Shown: positions 28,373 to 39,084 of the stretch, one piece after another
Position numbering within the stretch: the first letter of the stretch is position 1
How the letters are laid out: every line of letters begins with the position of its first letter
The notes under the pieces: generated by a model
Told to the model about the DNA's origin: nothing
Seen by the model: the letters and a program-made list of their open reading frames with translations, nothing else
Database searches by the model: none
Translations under genes and position numbers: made by a program
Origin: an uncultured bacterium
GTDB lineage: Bacteria; CAYMEV01
Assembly: GCA_964431655.1 (NCBI GenBank)
Contig: CAYSKJ010000003.1
Location: forward strand, 1-52,814
Length of the DNA stretch: 52,814 nt
Direction of reading: 5' to 3'

Positions 28373-29683
28373 ATGAAACCGATTTTAGTGATTATTCTTG
28401 TTTTTTTAATACCGTTCCTTGCGGCAGGACAGGAAGTCCTTGAGCTTTCCATCGAAGAGGCCGTGGAAACCGCCATAAAAAATAATGACCTCATAAAAGC
28501 TGAGAAGTTCAAAATAAAGGAGGCGGAAACCATCAAAGCAGAAGCCTTTTCTCATTTCCTTCCAAAAGTGGATGCAGCAGTTATGAAGCTCTTAAAAGAA
28601 AAACCAATGATTGTTGAGTTTCCTTCTATGGTCCCGGGAGACCCCCCTTCAAGAATGGAGCTTAGCTTTACGAGAGATTACACGGTTGCCTTCCAGGCCA
28701 GCCAGCCCTTATTCCTTGGAGGGCAGATCTTTTATAACTGGAAGATAGCTGATAAAAATCTTGAGCTGAGTAATCTGAAGTACCAGGAACAGCTGGATAA
28801 CCTTGTTTTTCAGGTAAAGAGCACCTATTATCTCTGTTTCATTTTTGAAAAGGTGCTTGAAGCAGTCAGGGAGGGTTTGGAGCTTTCGCGGGAGCATTTT
28901 GAAAAAGTGGATTCATTTTATAAGGCTGGTACTGCTACTTACCAGGAATGGCTCAGGGCCAAGGTACAGCTCTCAAACCTGGATCCTGAACTTCATCAGG
29001 CTGAAAGCAATTTAATTAGTGCATTTAATACCCTTAAGCTTCTCCTTGGGGTACAAAGTGATATAAAACTTACTTCACGGCTGAACACGGAAGGCGATTT
29101 AATTCTGGATGCTGACAGGTACAGAGATAAAATTAATGCCAATCTGCAGCTGATTGGTATCAAAAAGGCCATAGATATGGCTGAGTACCAGAGGAGGATA
29201 TCCTGGGGTGATTATCTGCCAAAGCTGTCTATATCTATGGATTACAGCCTTGGGTCCGATGAATTTAAATTCGGCAGAGGTTACTGGGATGAGAACTACA
29301 GCATAAATCTTAACATACAGCTAAGCATTTTTGACGGCTTTGCAAAGCATGCCAGGCGCAAAAGGGCTGATTACAGCATAAAGGCATTGGAACACCAGTC
29401 GATTTTCTATGAAAAAAGCATAAAAAACGAGCTGGATCAGCTATTAAATGATATTGAGACATCTATTAAAAAGACAGGATCCTACAGGGATAACCTGGAG
29501 GATTCAAGGGAATCGGTGAGGGTGTCCCGGCTTTACTATGAGGAAGGGCTTATTACCAGCTTTGAGGTTAATGCCTCAAATCTGGATTATACCAGGGCCA
29601 GGATAAACTACCTGAATGCAGTTTATGATTATTATATTTCAGTATTCAAGCTTGAAAAACTTATACCCAGAATTGATCAGTAA
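28373..29683 (+). CDS. TolC-family outer-membrane efflux protein
   Basis: Signal peptide; LSIEEAVETAIKNN, FLPKV, YLPKLS, IFDGF, two OEP repeats. Confidence 0.9.
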   Translation: MKPILVIILVFLIPFLAAGQEVLELSIEEAVETAIKNNDLIKAEKFKIKEAETIKAEAFSHFLPKVDAAVMKLLKEKPMIVEFPSMVPGDPPSRMELSFTRDYTVAFQASQPLFLGGQIFYNWKIADKNLELSNLKYQEQLDNLVFQVKSTYYLCFIFEKVLEAVREGLELSREHFEKVDSFYKAGTATYQEWLRAKVQLSNLDPELHQAESNLISAFNTLKLLLGVQSDIKLTSRLNTEGDLILDADRYRDKINANLQLIGIKKAIDMAEYQRRISWGDYLPKLSISMDYSLGSDEFKFGRGYWDENYSINLNIQLSIFDGFAKHARRKRADYSIKALEHQSIFYEKSIKNELDQLLNDIETSIKKTGSYRDNLEDSRESVRVSRLYYEEGLITSFEVNASNLDYTRARINYLNAVYDYYISVFKLEKLIPRIDQ

Positions 29684-29685
29684 GG

Positions 29686-30744
29686 ATGAAGACTATGAAA
29701 AGAATGACATTTTATCTGCTTATTCTCGCTTTTTTGATTTCCTGCGGGCAGGGAACAGATGATAAAGTTGCTGTGGAAAGGGACCTGCTTTATGTAAGAG
29801 TCAGGCCTGTAGAAAGGCAGGACATCAGAAGAACCATAAGTGTTTCCGGGCATACCAAACCATACCAGCTGCATAATATTGTACCCAGGCAGGGCGGAAT
29901 TATAAAAGAGATCTATTTTGAGGTGGGAGACAGGGTAAAAAAGGGACAGCTGCTTGTTGATCTGGACAGGGATACTCTTATCATACAGAGAAAGAAGGCA
30001 GATGCCCAGGTTAATATGGCCCAGTCCAACTTTGATATTGCAAAATCAAATTATGAAAGAATGACAAGGCTTCATAATGAGAAAGCTTTATCGGATTCCC
30101 AGCTGGAGAATGCTGAGAATGCCTACAATAATGCACAAGCCAGTCTTAAAATGGCAAATGCCTATATGGAGGAGGTAAACCAGGCTATCAGGGATTCACA
30201 GCTTTATGCACCGGCTGATGGTTTTATCGCCAGCAGGCCTTTTCAGCCGGGTGACTATGTCAGCTCGATGATGGGTAATGTACCTGTCCTTGTTCTGCAT
30301 GAGATAGACAGGCTTAAGATACAACTAAATGTTTCAAAAAACCATATCGGCTTTGTGAAAAACGGTCAAAGGGTCATTTTGGAAAAACTGAACAAAGAAG
30401 GTACAGTGTTCAGCGTCGGTGTTTCTGCTGACCCGTCCTCAGGCAGTTTTCCCGTGGAGGCAATGGTAGATAACCAGGATAATATGCTTAAGCCTGGCAT
30501 TACAGTTTCTGTGTCCATAGTAATTGATGAAAGAAATGACGCAATCGCTGTTCCCAAGGAAGCCCTATATGAGCAGGAATATATATATGTTGTGAAGGAT
30601 AATATAGTTTCAAAAAGAAAGGTCAAGCTGGATTTCGAAGGGGACAGCTATTATACGGTATCTAACGGTATAAACGTATCTGAAACCGTTGCTGTGGACA
30701 ACCTTTATGCTTTGCAGGATAATATGCGGGTTATGGTGGATTAG
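29686..30744 (+). CDS. RND efflux periplasmic adaptor (lipoprotein)
   Basis: Lipobox LISC; GDRVKKGQLL, APADG.I, LKPG. Confidence 0.92.
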   Translation: MKTMKRMTFYLLILAFLISCGQGTDDKVAVERDLLYVRVRPVERQDIRRTISVSGHTKPYQLHNIVPRQGGIIKEIYFEVGDRVKKGQLLVDLDRDTLIIQRKKADAQVNMAQSNFDIAKSNYERMTRLHNEKALSDSQLENAENAYNNAQASLKMANAYMEEVNQAIRDSQLYAPADGFIASRPFQPGDYVSSMMGNVPVLVLHEIDRLKIQLNVSKNHIGFVKNGQRVILEKLNKEGTVFSVGVSADPSSGSFPVEAMVDNQDNMLKPGITVSVSIVIDERNDAIAVPKEALYEQEYIYVVKDNIVSKRKVKLDFEGDSYYTVSNGINVSETVAVDNLYALQDNMRVMVD

Positions 30745-30747
30745 GAA

Positions 30748-33700
30748 GTGAACATTCCATCTGTTTCAGTAAAGCACAAAATTCCGGTTTTCATGCTGAT
30801 TATGATACTCATCGTCATAGGCAGCATCAATTTTTTTGATATAGGACTTGATCTTTTCCCGGAGATTGATTTTCCGGCCGTATCGGTAGTGACCACCTAT
30901 TCAGGAGCTTCCTCAGAAGAGGTTGAACAGACTATCACTAAGTATATTGAACAATGGGTAAGCTCTGTCCAGGCTGTAAAAAAGGTAACATCGATATCCC
31001 AGGAAGGCATATCTGTGGTAATGATAGAGTTTGACTGGGATACGAACATGGACTTTGCCGCCCAGGATGTAAGGGAAAGCATTGCCATGTTCGAGAGCTT
31101 CCTTCCGGATAATGCATCAAAACCAATGGTCTACAAGTTCAATCTATCTGATATGCCTATTATCATGTACGGCATCACGGGTAATATGGACCTGAACACA
31201 CTGCAGGATTACGTTGAGGACAATCTTATTATGCGATTCCAGAGGATTGACGGAGTTGCATCTGCCCAGGTTTTTTCCGAGGCTAACAGAGAGATAATGG
31301 TTAAACTTAGCCTTTCTGCCCTTCAATCCTATAATGTCACCATTGACCAGGTCATGGGTGCCATAGCTGTTAATAATACCAACGCCCCTGCGGGCTATAT
31401 ACAGGAGTCTCACAGGGAGTTTATACTCAGGACCATGGGTGAATTCAAGGAACTCAAGGATATTCAGAATACCGTAGTTGGCATGAGCAATTACGGTGTA
31501 CCAGTAAGGATCAGGGATATTGCCGATGTTGACTGGGGGGAAAGGGATAAAAGGAGCAGAATGAGCATAAACAGTGAAGACGGACTTTTTATGATGGTCA
31601 GCAAAAGCTCTAATGCCAATACAGTGACGGTCACAAAAAGGGTTATTGAACTCGTTGACAGGATTGAGAAGGATAATCCCTATGATTTGAAATTCCATAC
31701 CTTTTTTGACCAGAGCAGGGCCATATCCATGATAATAAGCAAAACTACAGGCAATATCCTTGTGGGGGGTATTCTTGCAGTAGTAATCCTCCTGGTTTTC
31801 CTTGGTTCCATTAGGCCTACCCTTATTATTGCCTTTTCCATACCCCTTTCCATTGTAGCTACATTTCTTGCCATAAGGCTTGCAGGATACACCTTTAATA
31901 TGATTACAATGATTGGCCTGGGCCTGGGAGTAGGTATGCTGGTAGACAATTCCATTGTTGTTCTTGAGAACATTTTCAGGAATGTAGAAGACGGCAAACC
32001 CATCCATGATGGAAGCATTGATGGTGCCAGCGAGGTAGGTATGGCGATTACCGCTTCAACCTTTACCACAGTCGCCGTGTTTTTCCCTATGATACTGGCA
32101 AAAGGCATAACGGGAAAACTGATCAGGCCCATGGCACTTACCATAACTTTCAGTCTGCTTTGTTCGCTTTTTGTGGCAATTACAATTATTCCCATGTTCT
32201 CTGATTTATTTTTAAGGAAAATCAACAGGGATCTCCTTCTCAAAAACAGAAAATTTGAGATGATGGGGCTCAGGGAATTCTATATAAGGATTCTGTACAG
32301 GGTTCTGCATAATCGTGGCAAGTTCGTAGCGGGCGTTATGCTTCTATTTGCTTTATCGCTGGCAATAGTCCCTTTTATCGGGACGGAATTCATGCCGAAA
32401 ATGGACAGATCAATGATACTGATGAAGGTATCACTTCCCATTGGAACCAGGCTTGAAGAAACCGTAAAGGTGCTGAATATGCTGAGTGAAAGGTTCAGCA
32501 GTCTTCCCGGCGTTATAGCTGTATCTGAGCAGGCAGGCATAAATGAGGAATATGCCCAGGATGCTGCCAATGAGATGTCCCCAAGGGGACCTTATGAGGG
32601 GACTATGTGGCTGTATCTGGAAGAAATGGGCAAAAGGCCCTACAGTGACCTGCAAATGGTTGATATGGTGGAGAAAAGCATGCCTGAGATGAATAATGTG
32701 AAGATAGAAATGATAGATATGGGACAGATGATGATGGGAGGCTCCACCTTCCCCATTGAGATAAAGGTTTTCGGAAAAGAACTTGACAGACTTAAGGACA
32801 TCACGGACAGGATTGCAGAATCCATCAAAGGGGTGGAAGGGATCCGGGATGTAAGGACAGGCCTGCAGGAGGGCAAACCTGAGCTTCAGCTGGTTATAGA
32901 CAGGGATAGGGCAAGCATTTATGGCCTCAGTTCCTACCAGATATCAAATATTGTGCAGATTGCTACAGTAGGCAAGGTTGCAAACCAGTTCAGGAAAGAC
33001 GGTGAAGAGTGGGATATACGTGTTATAATGGATAAGGAGGACAGAGACAGCCTCCATGATATTCTTCAGATACCCATAAATACAGCAGGCAGGAGCAGGA
33101 TAATGCTTTCAACAGTTGCTGATGTTAGAGAAGGCACAGGACCTGTAAGAATAGACCGCGAAAATGATGTGAGGGTTGTTAAAGTCAATGCAAATATCTT
33201 TGAACGGGACCTTGGTTCAGTTGTCAGGGATGCCCGGGAGATTATAGACAGGGATATTTCCCCGACACTGAACGACGGATATGAGATTGTCTACGGGGGC
33301 CAGTATGAAGATATGGTGGACACCTTCATTCAGCTTTTCGGAGCTCTTGCCCTTGCTGTACTCCTGGTTTACATGGTTATGGCATCCCAGTTTGAGCATT
33401 TTTTATATCCCTTTATAATTATGTTTACAATTCCTCTTGCCTTTATAGGGGTAAGCTTTGCCCTCCTTTTTCTGGGCAGGCCGGTAAACCTTCCGGTTTT
33501 TGTTGGAATGATAATTCTTTGCGGTATTGCTGTTAATAACGGTATTGTGCTTGTCGATTACATAAACAGGCTTAGAAGGGAAAAGTATGAAGAGAGTTTC
33601 AAGGCTATAATTCATGTCTCTGCTGTGAGGCTGAGACCTATATTGATAACAGCCCTTACAACATCCATGGGAATGATTCCGATGATGCTTTCCAAGTCTG

Positions 33701-33852
33701 AGGGATCTGAAATGAGATCAGCCATAGCTCTGGTTATCATTGCAGGCCTTGCGACAACCACTTTCCTTACCCTGTTCTTTATCCCCTGCCTTTACAGCTT
33801 TTTCGGCAAGGTCAAGCCTGAGGAAATACCTGTTGAGGAGCTGGTTATTTAG
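30748..33852 (+). CDS. RND efflux permease (AcrB/SwrC-like)
   Basis: 1034 aa, GTG start; LDLFPEIDFP, GMLVDNSIVVLENI, RLRPILIT. Confidence 0.95.
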   Translation: MNIPSVSVKHKIPVFMLIMILIVIGSINFFDIGLDLFPEIDFPAVSVVTTYSGASSEEVEQTITKYIEQWVSSVQAVKKVTSISQEGISVVMIEFDWDTNMDFAAQDVRESIAMFESFLPDNASKPMVYKFNLSDMPIIMYGITGNMDLNTLQDYVEDNLIMRFQRIDGVASAQVFSEANREIMVKLSLSALQSYNVTIDQVMGAIAVNNTNAPAGYIQESHREFILRTMGEFKELKDIQNTVVGMSNYGVPVRIRDIADVDWGERDKRSRMSINSEDGLFMMVSKSSNANTVTVTKRVIELVDRIEKDNPYDLKFHTFFDQSRAISMIISKTTGNILVGGILAVVILLVFLGSIRPTLIIAFSIPLSIVATFLAIRLAGYTFNMITMIGLGLGVGMLVDNSIVVLENIFRNVEDGKPIHDGSIDGASEVGMAITASTFTTVAVFFPMILAKGITGKLIRPMALTITFSLLCSLFVAITIIPMFSDLFLRKINRDLLLKNRKFEMMGLREFYIRILYRVLHNRGKFVAGVMLLFALSLAIVPFIGTEFMPKMDRSMILMKVSLPIGTRLEETVKVLNMLSERFSSLPGVIAVSEQAGINEEYAQDAANEMSPRGPYEGTMWLYLEEMGKRPYSDLQMVDMVEKSMPEMNNVKIEMIDMGQMMMGGSTFPIEIKVFGKELDRLKDITDRIAESIKGVEGIRDVRTGLQEGKPELQLVIDRDRASIYGLSSYQISNIVQIATVGKVANQFRKDGEEWDIRVIMDKEDRDSLHDILQIPINTAGRSRIMLSTVADVREGTGPVRIDRENDVRVVKVNANIFERDLGSVVRDAREIIDRDISPTLNDGYEIVYGGQYEDMVDTFIQLFGALALAVLLVYMVMASQFEHFLYPFIIMFTIPLAFIGVSFALLFLGRPVNLPVFVGMIILCGIAVNNGIVLVDYINRLRREKYEESFKAIIHVSAVRLRPILITALTTSMGMIPMMLSKSEGSEMRSAIALVIIAGLATTTFLTLFFIPCLYSFFGKVKPEEIPVEELVI

Positions 33853-33901
33853 GATCTTTTATGACTGCTTTCGAATTGAGCAGATTACAAAACCAAAGGC
33901 A

Positions 33902-34663
33902 TTAAAACCTCAGTGAAAGACAGCTGAGGCCGCCATCAAGTTTTCTGTACTCTGAAACGTCTGCAACAAGGGTTTTATAGCCGGCATGATTAATCCTGTC
34001 CAGTGTTGACAAAAAACCAGCAGGCACAATAACTTTGCCATTTATAGACAGACTGTTTGCGGCATAGGACTCATTCTCATCAATAAGGATTTTTCTGTAT
34101 TTGGAGAATAGTGGATTATCCATGAACTCAGCAGTCAGTACGAGGGTGTTATGATCAAGGAAGTTTACGGATGTTTTCAGGTGAAGGGACTTTTTGACCG
34201 GCACAAAAAATGATTCGATGCTGTATTTCTCTAGTATTTGTTTAAGCTGTAATGCTCCTTCATGGTTGGTTCTGCAGGAAAGGCCTATATAGCATCTGTC
34301 ACGAGTTATCATAATGTCTCCGCCGTCCAGGGTTCCCGGGTCATGAATACTGTAAATGGAGTTATAATACTTTGAAAGGGCTTTTTTTGCTTCTTTTGCC
34401 TCTTCTTTGCGTGATTCAGTTCCTGGATTTGTAATTACAGCGCAGCAAGGGGTTAGAACTGCAGTATCTTCTATAAAGGTTGAATCAGGAAACTCAGGGC
34501 TTTCATCCAGGATGTCAACCATAAGGCCGCATTTTTCCAAAACAGATATATAAGCATCATGCTGTTTCATTGCGGTTTTATAATCCGGAACCAGGGATTT
34601 ATCTTTTCTGAGGCCATTTATCATATTCCTGCATGGCCTTTTTACAATAGCTCTTGTGAACAT
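33902..34663 (-). CDS. Dimethylarginine dimethylaminohydrolase (DDAH)
   Basis: FPDSTFIEDTA, LDGGD, LHLK, DGGLSCLSLRF (Asp-His-Cys triad). Start reassigned to ATG 34663 (MFTRAIV); the ORF-track TTG at 34723 is part of a TTGACA box. Confidence 0.92.
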   Translation of the reverse strand: MFTRAIVKRPCRNMINGLRKDKSLVPDYKTAMKQHDAYISVLEKCGLMVDILDESPEFPDSTFIEDTAVLTPCCAVITNPGTESRKEEAKEAKKALSKYYNSIYSIHDPGTLDGGDIMITRDRCYIGLSCRTNHEGALQLKQILEKYSIESFFVPVKKSLHLKTSVNFLDHNTLVLTAEFMDNPLFSKYRKILIDENESYAANSLSINGKVIVPAGFLSTLDRINHAGYKTLVADVSEYRKLDGGLSCLSLRF

Positions 34664-34732
34664 GCTTTTCTCTCCCGGCCTGAAATATTTTCTCAGTTTT
34701 ATACTGAAATTTTGTAATGTCAAGAAGAGACT

Positions 34733-36604
34733 TTAGGTATACTGGCTCCTGTAAAGCTCTGCATAAAAACCGCCTGTTCTGAGGAGGTGACGGTGGCTGC
34801 CCTGCTCAATTATCTGTCCCCTGTTCATGACCAGGATTATATCGGCGTTTTTTATGGTTGAAAGCCTGTGGGCAATTATAAAGGAAGTCCTGCCTTTCAT
34901 CAGGTTTCTCATCGCATTCTGTATAAGGACTTCTGTTCTGGTGTCAACACTGCTTGTAGCCTCATCGAGTATAAGTATCGCAGGGTCTTTCAGAAATGCC
35001 CGGGCTATGGTTATAAGCTGTTTCTGCCCGGCTGATATATTGCTTCCTTCTTCGTTTATTATCGTACTGTAGCCATCGGGTAGGGTCCTGATGAAATGGT
35101 CCGCCTGGGCGGCCTTTGACGCTTTAAGTACGGCATCTTTCGAGGGATTGTCACATCCATAGGCGATATTATCATAAAGTGTTCCCTGGAATAACCAGGT
35201 GTCCTGAAGAACCATGCCGAAAATGGATCGAAGGATGTTTCTGCTTATATTTCTTATGTCAATTCCGTCTACCATAATTATGCCGCTGTTTATTTCATAG
35301 AAGCGCAGGAGAAGGTTTACCAGGGTAGTTTTCCCGGCTCCCGTGGGACCGACTATTGCAACTGACTGTCCTTTAAGAACCTGAAGGTTAAGGTCCTGTA
35401 AAAGCGGTTTTTCAGTTTCATAGGAAAAATAGAGTTTTTTTATCTCAACATGGCCCATGAAAGACCCTGGAGATATCCCAGTTTTTTGACCAGCAGAGTA
35501 ATTATCCCTGCGTTCTTCAGTCTCGTCCAGAACCTCAAAAACCCTTTCAGCTGATGCAATGGTTGACTGGATTATGTTTATTATCTGGGATACCTGTATA
35601 ACTGGCTGGCCAAACTGCTTGGAGTACTGAATAAAAGCCTGTATATCGCCTATGGGAATTTTCCCGGCTGCTACCAGGATGCCTCCGACGACGGCAATAA
35701 TAATATAGCCCAGATTATTGATAACGTGCATAAGAGGCATTACCAGCCCGGAAATAAAGTTTGCCTTCCATCCCAGTTGATTAAGCTCTTCATTGTAAAC
35801 AAGGAATCTTTTAAGAGATGATTGTTCTCTTCCAAAAGCCTTTACTAACTCATGACCCGTGATCATTTCCTCTACATGTCCGTTCATTTGTCCCAGGACT
35901 TTCTGCTGGCGAACAAAGAATCTCTGGGATTTTTTTGCAATTGTCCTTGTCATGAGAATACTCAGCGGGAGTACAACTATGCTCACTATTGTCAGGAGAG
36001 GACTGATTATTATCATCATCAGTATAACCCCTGCCATGGAGAATCCTGCAATTACGAGTTCTGTAATGCTCTGCTGCATAGTGTTGGCAACTGTGTCCAG
36101 GTCATTGGTCACACGGCTGAGAATATCACCATGGCTATGTCTGTCAAACCAGCTTATTGGCAGCCGGTGGAGCTTGTCAGTTATATCCTTTCTCAGGGTA
36201 AAGGTTGTTTCCAGTGATACACTGGCCATAATATAAGACATTATATACCTGAAAGCAGAGCTGAGCAGGTACAGCACCGTCAGGGCAATCAACACCTTAT
36301 ATATAAGACTGAAATCAAGGCTCCCCGGGTTTCCTTCGCTGACGCTTGCCCGAAAAAGCTCCGTTATAGCCAGACCCATTATTTTTGGTGCGGCAATGGT
36401 AAAAACTGTGCTCAGTATAGCAGTAAAGGCAACAAGAAAAAGCCTTGTTTTATGGGGTTTTAAATAACTGGACAGGCGTTTCAGAGTTCTGCGGGCATCC
36501 TTTGCCCTTTCCACCGGAGCTGCAAGGGCAGCTCCGGGACCTCCCCGGGGCCGGCGGAAGGGAAGGGCATCGTATTGGCCCGACCTGTTTTTATCCCTTT
36601 CCAT
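34733..36604 (-). CDS. ABC exporter subunit, TM288-like (consensus NBD)
   Basis: GPTGAGKT, ISAGQKQ, LDEATSSVD, IAHRLST; start ATG 36604 after GAGGAGG. Confidence 0.93.
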   Translation of the reverse strand: MERDKNRSGQYDALPFRRPRGGPGAALAAPVERAKDARRTLKRLSSYLKPHKTRLFLVAFTAILSTVFTIAAPKIMGLAITELFRASVSEGNPGSLDFSLIYKVLIALTVLYLLSSAFRYIMSYIMASVSLETTFTLRKDITDKLHRLPISWFDRHSHGDILSRVTNDLDTVANTMQQSITELVIAGFSMAGVILMMIIISPLLTIVSIVVLPLSILMTRTIAKKSQRFFVRQQKVLGQMNGHVEEMITGHELVKAFGREQSSLKRFLVYNEELNQLGWKANFISGLVMPLMHVINNLGYIIIAVVGGILVAAGKIPIGDIQAFIQYSKQFGQPVIQVSQIINIIQSTIASAERVFEVLDETEERRDNYSAGQKTGISPGSFMGHVEIKKLYFSYETEKPLLQDLNLQVLKGQSVAIVGPTGAGKTTLVNLLLRFYEINSGIIMVDGIDIRNISRNILRSIFGMVLQDTWLFQGTLYDNIAYGCDNPSKDAVLKASKAAQADHFIRTLPDGYSTIINEEGSNISAGQKQLITIARAFLKDPAILILDEATSSVDTRTEVLIQNAMRNLMKGRTSFIIAHRLSTIKNADIILVMNRGQIIEQGSHRHLLRTGGFYAELYRSQYT

Positions 36605-38324
36605 ATTCCTCCTCGCCATCCAGCTGGGATCCCAGGATTTCCTGATAAACACGGTTTGTTTTTGCAAGCTCTTCGTGAGTCCCAATGCCGGATATCCTGC
36701 CTTCATCCAGGACAATTATCCTGTTGGCGGCCATGGCACTGCTTACCCTCTGGGTTACCATCAGGACTATGCTGTTCCGGGTGTATTCAATTAGCTGGTT
36801 CCTTAAATTCCTTTCTGTCCATGCATCCAGGGATGAAAAACAGTCATCAAGCAGATAAATATCCGGTTTTCTGACAAGAGCCCTGGCTATGGCAATCCTC
36901 TGCCTCTGCCCGCCTGAAAAATTGGTTCCGCCCTTAGAAGATTCAGTTTCAAGGCCTTTTTGCGATGATATTATAAAATCCTTTATCTGAGCTGTTTCCA
37001 GGGCCTTTAAAATATCCTTTTTATCAATATCCTCATTGCCGTAACGAATATTTTCATCCACTGTACCTGAGAACAGGAAAGACTTCTGGGGAATATAGGC
37101 GATAGATTTTCTCAGCTGAGCTAAAGAGAGATTTTTAATATCAATACCTCCAATACTGATGATGCCGGATTCAGGGTCATAGAAACGCAGTATCATTTTA
37201 AGAAGGGACGTTTTACCAGACCCGGTGCCCCCAATAATAGCTATGAAGTCACCAGGCCTGCAATCAAAGGATATTTCGCATAATACAGGGCTCTCAGCAC
37301 CGTGGTAGCGGAAAGAGACCTTGTCAAAACTTAGTTCGTTATTCTCCGGGAAAGGTGCGGGATTTAAGGAGCAACTGATACCTGGTTCAAGCATCATTAC
37401 TTCCTCTAAACGCTTAAGAGAAACTGATGCCTGTGGTATTCTCAGAATTATCATGGAGACCATAACCAGAGCAAACATTATCTGGCCTACATATTGTATG
37501 AAAGCCATTAGAGAGCCAACCTGCATGTCCTGTAGGGAAACACGCTTTGACCCGAACCAGAGTACAAGAACGATCCCGAGGTTCAGGATAAGAGATATAT
37601 AGGGCATCAGAAGAGCCATTAGTCTTCCCACGCTCAGCTGAGTATCAGCAAGATCCCTGTTAGCCCGGTGGAAACGCTCCTGTTCGTATTTCCTTCGATT
37701 GAAGGCCCTTATTACCCTTAATCCAGAGAGGTTTTCTCTTGTAATTCGGTTGATGACATCTATCTTGGACTGGATTGCCTTAAACAAAGGCATGCCTTTC
37801 AATACAAACAGCAGGATTGATACAGCAAGGACAGGCATGGTAATCCACAGAATTGAAGAAAGACGCGCATCCTGGGTTACGGCCATGAATATGCCTCCCA
37901 CCATGAGCAGAGGAGCTCGGAGCATTATTCTAAGAGACATGAGCATTACATTCTGTACCTGCATTATATCATTGCTGACTCTGGTAATAAGGCTTGATGC
38001 GCCGAAACGGTCCATGTCAGCCATTGAAAATCCCGTAATTTTTTCAAATAGATCCCCGCGCATTTTTGTGCCGGTTTTAACGGCCACTTTTGCGCTGAGA
38101 TAGCTTGATACAAAGGAGCTGAGCATTCCGATTAGATTTATGCCGAGCATAATCAGCCCCAGTCTCAGTATGAAAGGAATATCACCATTGGCTATGCCCT
38201 GATCTACAATGATGCTCATTATCCTTGGAAGAGAAAGCTCCGCCATAGCCCGGATAAGCACAAAAAGCATTATAATGGCTATGGCAGCATAGCTTGGCCT
38301 TAAATATCGGTAAAGAAACTTCAT
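36591..38324 (-). CDS. ABC exporter subunit, TM287-like (degenerate NBD)
   Basis: GGTGSGKT, FSGGQRQR, LLDDCFSSLD (catalytic Glu to Asp), VTQR (switch His to Gln). Confidence 0.93.
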   Translation of the reverse strand: MKFLYRYLRPSYAAIAIIMLFVLIRAMAELSLPRIMSIIVDQGIANGDIPFILRLGLIMLGINLIGMLSSFVSSYLSAKVAVKTGTKMRGDLFEKITGFSMADMDRFGASSLITRVSNDIMQVQNVMLMSLRIMLRAPLLMVGGIFMAVTQDARLSSILWITMPVLAVSILLFVLKGMPLFKAIQSKIDVINRITRENLSGLRVIRAFNRRKYEQERFHRANRDLADTQLSVGRLMALLMPYISLILNLGIVLVLWFGSKRVSLQDMQVGSLMAFIQYVGQIMFALVMVSMIILRIPQASVSLKRLEEVMMLEPGISCSLNPAPFPENNELSFDKVSFRYHGAESPVLCEISFDCRPGDFIAIIGGTGSGKTSLLKMILRFYDPESGIISIGGIDIKNLSLAQLRKSIAYIPQKSFLFSGTVDENIRYGNEDIDKKDILKALETAQIKDFIISSQKGLETESSKGGTNFSGGQRQRIAIARALVRKPDIYLLDDCFSSLDAWTERNLRNQLIEYTRNSIVLMVTQRVSSAMAANRIIVLDEGRISGIGTHEELAKTNRVYQEILGSQLDGEEEYGKG

Positions 38325-38364
38325 GCAGGGGCCCTTTTCAGTCGGTGGTATTTGCTTTCTGGTG

Positions 38365-38392
38365 ATTATGTTTATATTGGCGTATTTGTCAA
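38365..38392 (-). promoter_or_regulatory. Putative sigma70 promoter of the ABC exporter pair
   Basis: TTGACA-16 nt-CATAAT on the minus strand. Confidence 0.55.
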
Positions 38393-38710
38393 TATTTAAG
38401 CATTGGAAAGGTGATAAAAGGGATCTGCTTAGACATGACGGACTTTTGCAGGGGTTTCAGTAATCTATTTTTTTGGTATAAATTCAGATTTCACTACCTT
38501 TCCAGAATTTAAGGGACTATGGAGTTTAATTGCAGGATATCTTGTTTCAGAATACAGAGTTATTTGTAATTATCTGACCACACATACAGAAATGGGTTGA
38601 GCTGTAATTATTACATTTTAACCTGGTTAGCTGCCAGGCTGTAAGATGTTTATTCCTTAAAAAGCATCAGAAAAAATTAAGAACCGCTGATAATAAAAGG
38701 TAATATTATA

Positions 38711-39064
38711 TTATTCTCCGGGTAAGAAAAATGCACCGGCCCAAAGCTTTTCCAGATTGTAATAATCCCTGGATTCTTTAATAAATATGTGGCAAATGAC
38801 ATCGATATAATCAATAAGTATCCATTTGCCGTTTGAGAATCCTTCCATACTGTAAGGCTTTATTCCGAAGGATTCGCGTATACCGTTTTCTATGTGATGA
38901 GCAACGGCCTGGGCCTGCTTTTCTATGTCTGTGTGACAGATTATGAAATAATCTGTATAACCTGCAAGCTCTTTTAAGTCCAGACAAGACGCGTCTTTGC
39001 CTTGTTTTTCATTGATCAGGATTAAAATTTTTTCTTTTATCTGCTCTGCTGTAAATTCCATCAA
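38711..39064 (-). CDS. rsfS: Ribosome silencing factor (Iojap)
   Basis: EKQGKD, TDYFIIC, WILIDY.DVICHIF....R.YYNLEKLW. Confidence 0.93.
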   Translation of the reverse strand: MMEFTAEQIKEKILILINEKQGKDASCLDLKELAGYTDYFIICHTDIEKQAQAVAHHIENGIRESFGIKPYSMEGFSNGKWILIDYIDVICHIFIKESRDYYNLEKLWAGAFFLPGE

Positions 39065-39084
39065 ATAGCGAATTACTCCTGTAA

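Noticed and set aside
31144-32243. Long antisense ORFs (287 and 187 aa) inside the RND permease
   Set aside because: Shadow ORFs of a conserved gene; no motifs or SD.
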